A stretch of 64,000 bases of DNA from contig DATBER010000148.1 in assembly GCA_036558905.1 (NCBI GenBank), forward strand, positions 1,162 to 65,161, read 5' to 3'. The number at the start of each line of letters is the position of its first letter. The first letter of the stretch is position 1. This stretch comes from Jatrophihabitantaceae bacterium. GTDB lineage: Bacteria > Actinomycetota > Actinomycetes > Mycobacteriales > Jatrophihabitantaceae. The notes beneath the pieces are model-generated. The model was not told the DNA's origin and ran no database searches. It saw only the letters and a list, made by a program, of their open reading frames with translations. Shown one piece after another: positions 53,204-61,556 of this stretch. A program made the translations under genes and the position numbers.

Positions 53204-54184
53204 ATGACCGGCCCGCGCTACCCGCGCGAGACGTTCGCGCCGCCCGAGTCGACCTTCCCCGCCAGCGGCGACGAGCCGAACGGCTCGGGCCACGGTCCGA
53301 ACGGGGCGCCCGAGGACAACGTCGACGAGACCCGTCCCCGGGCGTTCGGGGTCCCGGGCACCGGGCCGGCCGGCGGCTTCGAGCCGCGGCCGTTCGCGTC
53401 GGTCCCGCTGAACGAGTCCGGGCCTTCCGGCGGTCACGACGGCTTCAGCGAGCCGACGTTAGCCGGTGGCTCGTTCACCGCCCCGGACGGGCCGCCCCTG
53501 GGTGGCCCGCACGACCAGGGCTTCGGCGACACCACCGCTGCCTACCCCGGACCCCCGGCCGGTGAGGCGCCGCCGAGCTTCCCCGAGGGGCCGGCGTACG
53601 CCGAGGCGCCGACCAGCTTCGCCGAGCCTCACGGTGGCTACGGGCTGGGCGACCGCCCACCGACCTTCGACCGCCCTGGTATGGGTCCGAGCGACGGCTT
53701 CAGCGAGCCCACCGTGGGAATCGCCGGCCCGATCGCCGGCCCGGTCGGTGGCATGGCCCCGCCGATGGGTCCGCCGCCAGGCGTCGGCGCGCCGACCGGA
53801 GCCCGACCCAGGCCACAGCAACGGGCTCGCGGCCCGCGCCGGGCCAAGCTGCAGCTGCGCCACATCAATCCGTGGACGGTCCTCAAGTTCTCCTGCGTGC
53901 TGTCCGTGGCGCTGTTCTTCGTCTGGCTGATCACGATCGGTCTGCTCTACGGAATCCTGCAGGCGGCCGGCGTCATCGACCACATCAACAACGCGGTCAC
54001 CACGATCAACGGCAACGGCTCGAAGGAGCCGGTCACACCGGGACTGGTCTTCGGCGGTTCGGCGATCCTCGGCGTCATCAACGTCGTGTTGTTCATCGCC
54101 TTGTCGACGGTCGGATCGGTCGTCTACAACCTGTGCGCCGATCTGGTCGGCGGCATCGAGGTGACCTTGTCCGAACGCGAGTAG
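53204..54184 (+). CDS. DUF3566 membrane protein (Rv0007-like) with a Pro/Gly-rich N-terminal half
   Basis: 326 aa. C-terminal LQLRHINPWTVLKFSCVLSVALFFVWLI...VYNLCADLVGGIEVTL. Position after gyrA. Confidence 0.8.
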   Translation: MTGPRYPRETFAPPESTFPASGDEPNGSGHGPNGAPEDNVDETRPRAFGVPGTGPAGGFEPRPFASVPLNESGPSGGHDGFSEPTLAGGSFTAPDGPPLGGPHDQGFGDTTAAYPGPPAGEAPPSFPEGPAYAEAPTSFAEPHGGYGLGDRPPTFDRPGMGPSDGFSEPTVGIAGPIAGPVGGMAPPMGPPPGVGAPTGARPRPQQRARGPRRAKLQLRHINPWTVLKFSCVLSVALFFVWLITIGLLYGILQAAGVIDHINNAVTTINGNGSKEPVTPGLVFGGSAILGVINVVLFIALSTVGSVVYNLCADLVGGIEVTLSERE

Positions 54185-54249
54185 CCCAGTCCGGATACCG
54201 GTTGGAGCGCCGAATCGGCGCCCGGTAGGCTGACTGCTCGCGTCCTAGC

Positions 54250-54323
54250 GGGCCTGTAGCTCAGACGGTTAGAGCGCATCCCTGATAAGGATGAGGCCGG
54301 AGGTTCAAGTCCTCCCAGGCCCA
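54250..54323 (+). tRNA. ileT: tRNA-Ile (anticodon GAT)
   Basis: Hand-folded cloverleaf: acceptor GGGCCTG/CAGGCCC, D arm GCTC..GAGC, anticodon stem CATCC/GGATG with loop CTGATAA, T arm GGAGG TTCAAGT CCTCC, discriminator A. 74 nt; CCA not fully encoded. Confidence 0.9.
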
Positions 54324-54381
54324 CCGCTTGTCGTGAATCCGGACGTGGCCACCACGTCCGGTCGATCCGAAAGGTGCTTCC

Positions 54382-54519
54382 GTGCCGAAGCTGCTCGTGT
54401 TGGCGGCCGCCGTCGCCGGAGTCGCCACCCTGGCCCGCAAGCGCGCGTCCGGGCAGGCCCGCTCGGCGCTGTGGCGCGAGGCGACCAAGGACACGCCGCG
54501 CGCCGGGTCGCAGTCGTAG
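54382..54519 (+). CDS. Small membrane peptide (45 aa) between the two tRNAs, DLW-39-like
   Basis: Hand translation: VPKLLVLAAAVAGVATLARKRASGQARSALWREATKDTPRAGSQS. GTG 54382 with GAAAGG about 8 nt upstream. One TM followed by an (A)LW motif. Confidence 0.55.
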   Translation: MPKLLVLAAAVAGVATLARKRASGQARSALWREATKDTPRAGSQS

Positions 54520-54542
54520 GCTGATCCCGCGGGATCCGTCCC

Positions 54543-54615
54543 GGGGACGTAGCTCAATTGGCAGAGCACCGCCTTTGCAAGGCGGGGGTTAGGGGTTCGA
54601 TTCCCCTCGTCTCCA
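54543..54615 (+). tRNA. alaT: tRNA-Ala (anticodon TGC)
   Basis: Acceptor GGGGACG/CGTCTCC with the G3:U70 identity pair, anticodon loop TTTGCAA, T arm AGGGG TTCGATT CCCCT. 73 nt. Confidence 0.9.
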
Positions 54616-54740
54616 CCCTCTTCGTTGGGCAGCCCGTTGTAGTACGTCGCCTATGCCGACGAGCGGACCCGGCTGGCACGATCTCGCGCCAGGGCCGGGT
54701 CCGCGCGGCGGCTTCCACCCGAAGGCGGAGGACTGCGCGC

Positions 54741-55316
54741 TCAGGCGGCCGGTGGCCAGGTCAACAAGCGCTGCATGTCGGCCAGCTCGGCGGCGGTCGG
54801 GCCGTCGAGCTCGTCCATCTCGGCGAGGGCGTCGACGGCCTCGGCGATGATCCGCTCGTTCACGGTGCGGGCCTGTCGGGCCACCTCGCCGGCTGCGGGA
54901 TTGGACGGCGCTGAGCGGTAGTACACGGTCGAGCTGTCCTGCTGGCGGGCATCGCCCACCCGCAGACCCTCGCGGATCACCGTGGCGACCGGCTCGCCGG
55001 CGAGTACGCGCTGGCGCAAGGCCCATACCTCGCCCGGGCTGAGCGCCGCCCACACCCCGTGCAGCACGTCGGTGGACAGCGCGAAGATCAGGCACGATCG
55101 GCGGGCCGGGCAGGTGGCGCAGATGTCGATAACGGGGGCCGGGATATGGCTGTGCGGTTCGGGAAACCACCAGTCGCCGCCCACCTGGGCGCAGGCCGCA
55201 TCGTGCTGCCACGACGGCGCGCTCGTATCTGTGATGGTCGTGGCGGCGGGGCCCGCCGACGGTATGGCCCGTTCTCCGGTCGGACCCGGTTCGTCGGCGT
55301 AAGCAGGAGCTCCCAT
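54741..55316 (-). CDS. WhiB-like Fe-S transcription factor with an extended C-terminal domain
   Basis: ATG 55316 with AAGGAGG about 8 nt upstream (ORF track extends to 55394), 191 aa. Cys pattern C-x23-C-x2-C-x5-C (AACAQV...DICATCPARRSC) followed by HGVWAA instead of GVWGG. Confidence 0.7.
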   Translation of the reverse strand: MGAPAYADEPGPTGERAIPSAGPAATTITDTSAPSWQHDAACAQVGGDWWFPEPHSHIPAPVIDICATCPARRSCLIFALSTDVLHGVWAALSPGEVWALRQRVLAGEPVATVIREGLRVGDARQQDSSTVYYRSAPSNPAAGEVARQARTVNERIIAEAVDALAEMDELDGPTAAELADMQRLLTWPPAA

Positions 55317-55515
55317 TTCCAACACCTCCTTGCCCTGCTTGTGCAGGTTAGCCATCAACGCGACCCGCGACGACGGTACCGAAGCCCGGGTCAACCGAGG
55401 AGGGTCCGGAGGGGACTGCCTCGATTGCGGACTGTATGGCTATGATTACACGATGCGTCCGGGAACTACGGACGGCTGATTGACAGCGACGCATCTGGAC
55501 GGGTCGAATCAGACA

Positions 55516-56319
55516 ATGACCGCCACTCTCGTGCGCGACTTGGTTCGCGACCTCGGAGCGGAGTCGGCGAGTCTGGATGCGCTGGTCGCGCCGTTGCCGC
55601 CCGAGAAGTGGGCCACCCCCACTCCGGCCGTCGGCTGGACGATCGCCCATCAGATCGCCCACCTGGCCTGGACCGACCATCTCGTACTGATGTCGGCGAC
55701 CGACGAGGAGGCATTCACCTCCGAGATCGCGCAGGCCACCTCCGACCCCCGCGCCTACGTCGAAGCCGGTGCCCAGGATTTAGCCAGCGAAGAACCGGCC
55801 AAGCTGCTCACCCGATGGCGCGACGGTCTGGTGCAACTGGCCGAGGCGATCGCCCACCTGCCCGGCGGCACGCACATCGCCTGGTTCGGTCCGGGCATGA
55901 GCGCGGCCTCGATGGCCAGCGCGCGGATCATGGAGACCTGGGCGCACGGCCAGGACGTAGCCGACGCGCTGGGCATCACCCGTGAACCCAGCCAGCGACT
56001 GCGGCACGTCGCCCACATCGCGGTGGCGGCCCGCGGCTACGCGTTCACGATGAACGGACTGCTGCCGCCCGAGGTCCCGATCCGGGTCGAGCTCGTCGCT
56101 CCCGACGGCGCCATCTGGACCTGGGGGCCGGCCGACGCGCCCGAGCGGGTAAGCGGTCCGGCGCTGGATTTCTGTCTGCTCGCAACCCAGCGGCGTCACC
56201 GCGACGACCTGTCCGTGATGGCCAAGGGCCCTAACGCCGACGCCTGGCTGCGGATTGCGCAGGCATTCGCCGGGCCGCCCGGACCGGGGCGACTACCCGG
56301 CCAGTTCAGCAAAAACTAG
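55516..56319 (+). CDS. DinB-like / mycothiol-dependent isomerase N-domain protein (TIGR03084-type)
   Basis: ATG 55516 (ORF track starts at TTG 55480). GWTIAHQIAHLAWTD, METWAHGQDVADALG. Confidence 0.7.
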   Translation: MTATLVRDLVRDLGAESASLDALVAPLPPEKWATPTPAVGWTIAHQIAHLAWTDHLVLMSATDEEAFTSEIAQATSDPRAYVEAGAQDLASEEPAKLLTRWRDGLVQLAEAIAHLPGGTHIAWFGPGMSAASMASARIMETWAHGQDVADALGITREPSQRLRHVAHIAVAARGYAFTMNGLLPPEVPIRVELVAPDGAIWTWGPADAPERVSGPALDFCLLATQRRHRDDLSVMAKGPNADAWLRIAQAFAGPPGPGRLPGQFSKN

Positions 56320-56380
56320 AGCCGTCGCCACGCCTCGCGTGGGCGCAACTACTACGACGATGTAATGACGATGTATGGAA

Positions 56381-56401
56381 ACTTGTGCCATTGGCACAAG
56401 T
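56381..56401. promoter_or_regulatory. 21-bp perfect palindrome upstream of the sedolisin gene
   Basis: ACTTGTGCCA T TGGCACAAGT, in a comparatively AT-rich 217-bp spacer. Confidence 0.4.
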
Positions 56402-56535
56402 GGCCGATCTGCTGCACTGGCGACGTTCGCACCGGCCGCATAGGTTAACGCCCACGCGTGCCGGGCCCTGATGTCAGGAACCGTCCGGATCAGGCAGGCT
56501 CACGCGCATCCATACACCAACGTGGGGGTATGCAC

Positions 56536-58464
56536 ATGGAGAAACGGACCGCCGTCCGAGTAGCAAGCTCGGTGGTGGCGGTGTCAGCACTCGCCGTCGG
56601 CTGCCTGGCCGCCGCACCCGGTGCCGGCGCCCAGCCATCGCGTCACACCGTCGCGAACAGCAAGCCGACCTGGCTGGCCCGGGCCAACCATCTCGGGGCA
56701 GCCGCGAAGTCGGCACCCGTCCAGCTGCGCGTGTACCTGGCGCCCAATGGGGGGCTCGACGGGTTGAAGTCCGCCGTCCAGGCGGTCTCGACGCCGGGCA
56801 GCGCCAACTACCGTCACTTCCTCACGCCGGCGCAGTACCAGGCCCAGTTCGGGCCCACCGACGCCGCCGTCCAGAACGTGGCGTCGTGGCTGAAGTCGTC
56901 CGGCCTCAACGTCACCGGCGTCGAGGCGCACCACCGCTACCTGTCGGTCACCGGCAGCGTCGCGGCCGCGCAGAAGGCGTTCGGCGTCTCGATCCAGCGC
57001 TACCAGCACGACGGTCAGTCGGTCATCGCTCCTTCGGGGGCGGCGTCCGTGCCGAGCAGCCTCGCCGGCTCCGTGCTCTCCGTGTCGGGCCTGGACTCCA
57101 CCGCCCACAAGGTTGCGCACACCTCCCAGCAGGACGCACCGCCGCCGGCTGGGTTCGTCAACGCCCGCCCGTGCTCGCTGTCCTACGGGCAGATTCAGGC
57201 CAAGTACCAGGCCGACTTCACGACCCCGCTGCCCAAGTTCAAGGGCAAGGTGCTCCCGTACGCGCCGTGTGGTTATACCGGTCCGCAGTTCCGGGCCGCC
57301 TACGAGGGTGACACCGACCTGGACGGCACCGGCGTTACGGTGGCCATCACCGACGCGTACGCTGCGCCGACCATCGCCAAGGACGCGAAGACCTACGCGA
57401 ACAACCACGGCGACGCCGGCTACGCGAAGGGCCAGTTCACGCAGACGCTGCCGGCGAAGTTCAACCGCCAGGACCAGTGCGACCCGTCGGGGTGGTACGG
57501 CGAGGAGACGCTGGACGTCGAGGCCGTGCACGCCATGGCCGGCGGGGCCAACATCAAGTACTACGCGTCGGCCAGCTGCTTCGACGACGACTTCCTCGAC
57601 ACGCTCGCCAAGGTCGTCGACGACAACGAGGCCCAGCTCGTCTCCAACTCGTGGAGCGACGTCGAGGCCAACGAGTCGGTCGACAACATCACCGCGTACG
57701 AGCAGGTGTTCCTGCAGGGTGCCCTGCAGGGAATCAGCTTCGTCTACTCGTCGGGCGACAACGGCGACGAGCTGGCGGCCACCGGCCTCAAGCAGGTCGA
57801 CTACCCGGCTTCGGACCCCTACGTGACGGCGCTGGGCGGCACCTCGACGGCGATCGGGGCGGACGGATCCCTGGCCTGGGAGACCGGCTGGGGCACGATG
57901 AAGTACAGCCTGTCGGCCGACGGCAAGTCGTGGAGCTCGAACGGCTTCCTCTACGGCGCGGGCGGCGGCTACTCGGCGCTGTTCAACCGGCCCGACTACC
58001 AGAACGGCGTCGTGCCGAACAGCGCTCCGCCCGGCCGCGCGGTGCCGGACGTCGCCCTGGACGCTGACCCGACCACCGGCATGCTCGTCGGCGAGACGCA
58101 GACCTTCCCGGACGGCGTCCGCTACGGCGAGTACCGCATCGGCGGCACCAGCCTCGCGGCGCCGCTGTTCGCCGGCATGACCGCCCTGACGTTGCAGAAT
58201 GCCGGCGGCGGTATCGGCCTGCTCAACCCGACGATCTACACGCAGGACGGCTCGGGCAACTTCACCGACGTGAAGGGCACCCCGAAGGACGCCGGAAACG
58301 TCCGCCCGGACTACGCCAACAGCGTTGACCCGTCGGGCGGCATCCTCTACACGGTCCGCACGTTCAACCAGGACTCGACCCTCCAGGTCGCCCGGGGCTG
58401 GGACGACGTGACGGGCATCGGCTCACCGAATTCCGGCTGGCTGACCAGCGTCAGTCCGCTGTAA
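56536..58464 (+). CDS. Secreted S53 (sedolisin/kumamolisin-like) serine peptidase with pro-domain
   Basis: ATG 56536 (MEKRT; GTGGGGG upstream) in the ORF-track 56458..58464 frame. Signal peptide, activation domain (YRHFLTPAQYQAQFGP), catalytic region (EETLDVEAVHAMA, SSGDNGD, GGTSLAAPLFAGM). Confidence 0.85.
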   Translation: MEKRTAVRVASSVVAVSALAVGCLAAAPGAGAQPSRHTVANSKPTWLARANHLGAAAKSAPVQLRVYLAPNGGLDGLKSAVQAVSTPGSANYRHFLTPAQYQAQFGPTDAAVQNVASWLKSSGLNVTGVEAHHRYLSVTGSVAAAQKAFGVSIQRYQHDGQSVIAPSGAASVPSSLAGSVLSVSGLDSTAHKVAHTSQQDAPPPAGFVNARPCSLSYGQIQAKYQADFTTPLPKFKGKVLPYAPCGYTGPQFRAAYEGDTDLDGTGVTVAITDAYAAPTIAKDAKTYANNHGDAGYAKGQFTQTLPAKFNRQDQCDPSGWYGEETLDVEAVHAMAGGANIKYYASASCFDDDFLDTLAKVVDDNEAQLVSNSWSDVEANESVDNITAYEQVFLQGALQGISFVYSSGDNGDELAATGLKQVDYPASDPYVTALGGTSTAIGADGSLAWETGWGTMKYSLSADGKSWSSNGFLYGAGGGYSALFNRPDYQNGVVPNSAPPGRAVPDVALDADPTTGMLVGETQTFPDGVRYGEYRIGGTSLAAPLFAGMTALTLQNAGGGIGLLNPTIYTQDGSGNFTDVKGTPKDAGNVRPDYANSVDPSGGILYTVRTFNQDSTLQVARGWDDVTGIGSPNSGWLTSVSPL

Positions 58465-58479
58465 ATCGCACCGCTGTGC

Positions 58480-58522
58480 GGGGCGCTCCGGTTTTTCCAC
58501 CGGGGCGCCCCGTTTGCGTTTC
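58480..58522 (+). terminator. Terminator-like hairpin after the peptidase gene
   Basis: GGGGCGCTCCGG tttttcca CCGGGGCGCCCC (12-bp stem, one G-U pair), followed by GTTTGCGTTTCC. Confidence 0.5.
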
Positions 58523-58543
58523 CGGAGCGCGTAGCCTGCCTGC

Positions 58544-59119
58544 GTGCTCGGTCGCGACTTCGCAGCTGTGCTCGACGCCGCAACCAGCGGTGACGAGACA
58601 GCATTCGCGAAGTTATGGCGAGACGTACACCCTGCGCTACTTCGTTACCTTCGGGTGCTGACCAAGGACGCGACCCTGGGCGAGGACGTCGCGGCCGACG
58701 TTTGGGTGGACGTCGCCCGCCGGCTGCGCGACTTCGCCGGCGACGAGTCGGCGTTCCGGGGCTGGCTGTTCACGCTGGCCCGGCGACGTGCCATCGACGC
58801 GTGGCGGCAGGCCGAGCGCGCGCCGGTGCAGCTGACCGCTGACCACGCCGACCTCGACCGGCCCGGGGGACCTGACACGGCGGGACTGGCGCTCGAGCGG
58901 ATGAGCACTCGCCGGGCGCTCGACCTCATCGCCACCCTGCCCCGCGACCAGGCCGAGGCGATCGCGCTGCGGGTCATCGCCGGGCTGGACGTCAAGGAGG
59001 TCGCCCGACTACTAGGCAAGCGACCTGGGGCCGTCCGGGTGGCCGCCCATCGCGGTCTACGCACCCTGGCGGCCCGGCTGACCGAGCACCCTCGCAGCGC
59101 CGTCGTCCGGCGTCCCTGA
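58544..59119 (+). CDS. ECF-type sigma-70 family RNA polymerase sigma factor
   Basis: 191 aa. Region 2 WLFTLARRRAIDAWR; region 4 EAIALRVIAGLDVKEVARLLGKRPGAVRVAAHRGLRTL. Confidence 0.85.
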   Translation: MLGRDFAAVLDAATSGDETAFAKLWRDVHPALLRYLRVLTKDATLGEDVAADVWVDVARRLRDFAGDESAFRGWLFTLARRRAIDAWRQAERAPVQLTADHADLDRPGGPDTAGLALERMSTRRALDLIATLPRDQAEAIALRVIAGLDVKEVARLLGKRPGAVRVAAHRGLRTLAARLTEHPRSAVVRRP

Positions 59120-59175
59120 AAAAATCTGCGGAGAGCTGTAACGCTTTTGAGCTCGCCGACGGTTCTCCTAGTGAC

Positions 59176-60024
59176 ATGGCGAAACGACCCGTGCAGCGGC
59201 CAGGCGGCCACCCGTCGATCGACGAGGTGACGGCCGAGAGGCTGCTCCGCGGCCAGCGCCCCGCCCCGGGCGCGTCGGCCACCGAGCAGGCGCTGAGCGA
59301 CCTGCTGGCGGCCGCGTCGGCGCCGCCGTCGGCCCGCGAACTTTCCGGAGAGGCCCGGGCGGTGGCTGCGTTCACCGCGACCCGTCCGGCGACCACGGGA
59401 CCGAGACACGCCCGGCACGTAATCCGCCGGCGTCGGCCTGCGGTACGTCCGCGGGTCGGTCACGGGGTCGCGGCCGCGGCGGCGCTAGGCGCGCTGACTT
59501 TAGGGGGCGTCGCGGCCGCGGCCTATACCGGGTCGCTGCCGTCCTCGATCCAGCGACTCGCCCACGACCACATCGGCGCCCCGCACGGGGCCCCTGCGCA
59601 CAAGCCGGCCGCGTCCTCGACCAGGCCGCAGTCGACGCACACCGCGTTGCGGTCCGGACGGGGCGCGCTGCCGGGTCAGCCTGGGTTGTCCGCGATGACG
59701 CCGACGCCCCCGCCGACGTCGTCGTCAAAGTCGCAAACCCGGCCCTCGTCGTCGACCAACTCGACCACAGCCGACGTGCGCTCACAGCTGTGCACGGCGT
59801 ACGTGTCGGCCCGGATGCGCGGCGACGACGCCGCGGCCGACAAGGCCTACCAGAAGCTGGCCGACGCCGCGGGTGGCCGCGACAAGGTCTGGGACTACTG
59901 CGCGCCGGTCTGGCGCACCATCAGCCCTTCGGACGACCACGGCAACACGAAACATCTCGACCCGAAGTCACCTTCGCTACCAGTGGGGCCAGTCGGCCCC
60001 TCAGACGGGCGACGACATAACTAG
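59176..60024 (+). CDS. Single-pass membrane protein, candidate anti-sigma factor
   Basis: 282 aa. Immediately downstream of the ECF sigma gene. One TM (VAAAAALGALTLGGVAAAAY), Ser/Pro-rich linker, Cys-containing C-terminal domain. The call rests on context only. Confidence 0.45.
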   Translation: MAKRPVQRPGGHPSIDEVTAERLLRGQRPAPGASATEQALSDLLAAASAPPSARELSGEARAVAAFTATRPATTGPRHARHVIRRRRPAVRPRVGHGVAAAAALGALTLGGVAAAAYTGSLPSSIQRLAHDHIGAPHGAPAHKPAASSTRPQSTHTALRSGRGALPGQPGLSAMTPTPPPTSSSKSQTRPSSSTNSTTADVRSQLCTAYVSARMRGDDAAADKAYQKLADAAGGRDKVWDYCAPVWRTISPSDDHGNTKHLDPKSPSLPVGPVGPSDGRRHN

Positions 60025-60088
60025 TCGCCCCCACAGACGGCGCGCCAGCGGGAACCCCCCTCCCCCCGCACCCGCTGATGTGCCTGGA

Positions 60089-60123
60089 GGTGCCGGCCTT
60101 CCACCCACGGGAAGGCCGGCACC
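60089..60123 (+). terminator. Strong intrinsic terminator-like hairpin
   Basis: GGTGCCGGCCTTCC acccacg GGAAGGCCGGCACC (perfect 14-bp stem), followed by ACTTCTTTGGG. Confidence 0.6.
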
Positions 60124-60206
60124 ACTTCTTTGGGCCGTGCCGGCCGAGACGCCTGGACCTACGGTCGGCGCAGCCGCGTCCCGCGGCCGGTAGCCTGACC
60201 CGCATC

Positions 60207-61556
60207 ATGAACGTGTTGGCGGTCTGGCTCGGCAAGCTCACCCTGGCGTTCCTCCGCCTGATCGGCCGGCGGGGCAATGCCTTGCCCGGACTGGTCGTCG
60301 AGAAGGTCTTCCCCCGCTACCTGCCCCGGGCGATGGCCCGGCTGCCGCAGGGCGTCGTCGTGGTCACCGGCACGAACGGCAAGACGACCACCACGAAGAT
60401 GGTCGCGACGATCCTGGCCGAGCGGTACCGGGTGCTGACCAACGACACGGGCAGCAACTTCGTCCGCGGCGCCATCACGACTACGGTCGAGCACTCGCGC
60501 TGGTCGGGCCGGCTGCCCTACGACGTCGCGGTGTTCGAGCTGGACGAGGCCTGGGCGGTGCGCTTCACGCAGGTGGTGCCGCCGCAGCGACTGTTGCTGC
60601 TCAACGTCATGCGTGACCAACTCGACCGGTTCGGCGAGATCGACACGACCGCCCGGCTGCTGGGCCGGATCGCCGCGGCGACCACCGACGCCGTAGTGCT
60701 CAACCGCGACGATCCCCGGGTGGCCGGCCTGGCCGGCGAGACGAAGGCGGCCGCGGTACGCGGTGCGCCGACCGTCGGTCCAGGCGCTTCAGGACCTTCG
60801 GTGAGCTACTTCGGGGTGGCGCCGGAGCTGCGGCCACAGTTCCCCAACGACGAGGAGCTCTACGGCGGCCCGCTGTTCGTGTCCACTGTGGACGCGGCCG
60901 CCGAGCTGCGTGCCCTGCCGTCGGAGGCCTCGGCCGAGACGGTGCTGCGCATTGGCGACCGGGATTTCAGGCTGCTGCTGCGGGCCGAGGGCGCCCACAA
61001 CGCGCAGAACGCCGCCGGGGCCGCGGCGCTGGCATTGACGCTCGGGTTCACGCCGGACGACGTGGCCGAGGGGCTGCGCAAGGTGTCGCCGGCGTTCGGG
61101 CGGGGGCAGTCGTTCGACGTCGAGGGACGGCGGCTGACGCTGCAGTTGGTGAAGAACCCGGCCGGATTCCGGCAGACGCTGCGCACGCTCGATCACGCCA
61201 GCCCGGCCGCCATCGTCATCGCCATCAACGACGAGTACGCCGACGGGCGGGACGTGTCGTGGCTGTGGGACGTCGACTTCGTCCCGACGCTGCACGGTCG
61301 GGCCACCCGGCTGTCGACGTCGGGCACCCGGGCGGCCGACATGGCGGTACGGCTGCGCTACGACGACATCTCCGTGGTGGAGGTCGAGCCCGACCTGGAG
61401 AAGGCGGTACGCCAGGCAGTCGCCGCGGTGGACCCCGGCGCGCAGGCGCCGACCGCAGGTCCAGGCGCCTCGGACGGCACCGTGGTCGTCTTCAGCACGT
61501 ACACCGCTATGTGGGCCCTGCACGCCATCCTGCTGCGAATCGGAGAGCCGGCATGA
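60207..61556 (+). CDS. murT: Lipid II isoglutaminyl synthase subunit MurT (Mur ligase family + DUF1727)
   Basis: ATG 60207 in the ORF-track 60078..61556 frame. P-loop VVVVTGTNGKTTT, C-terminal DGRDVSWLWDVDF. Confidence 0.85.
   Translation: MNVLAVWLGKLTLAFLRLIGRRGNALPGLVVEKVFPRYLPRAMARLPQGVVVVTGTNGKTTTTKMVATILAERYRVLTNDTGSNFVRGAITTTVEHSRWSGRLPYDVAVFELDEAWAVRFTQVVPPQRLLLLNVMRDQLDRFGEIDTTARLLGRIAAATTDAVVLNRDDPRVAGLAGETKAAAVRGAPTVGPGASGPSVSYFGVAPELRPQFPNDEELYGGPLFVSTVDAAAELRALPSEASAETVLRIGDRDFRLLLRAEGAHNAQNAAGAAALALTLGFTPDDVAEGLRKVSPAFGRGQSFDVEGRRLTLQLVKNPAGFRQTLRTLDHASPAAIVIAINDEYADGRDVSWLWDVDFVPTLHGRATRLSTSGTRAADMAVRLRYDDISVVEVEPDLEKAVRQAVAAVDPGAQAPTAGPGASDGTVVVFSTYTAMWALHAILLRIGEPA

Noticed and set aside
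56381-56401. Sigma-54 (-24 TGGCAC) or CRP/FNR (TGTG-N8-CACA) interpretation of the palindrome
   Set aside because: Actinobacteria lack RpoN, and no TTGC -12 element follows at the right spacing. The TGTG...CACA spacing is 7 nt, one short of the CRP/GlxR consensus.
54616-60130. Integrative element or prophage remnant at tRNA-Ala
   Set aside because: There is no integrase, excisionase, transposase or phage gene. I could not find a repeat of the tRNA-Ala 3' end by eye downstream. Retained only as a synteny observation.
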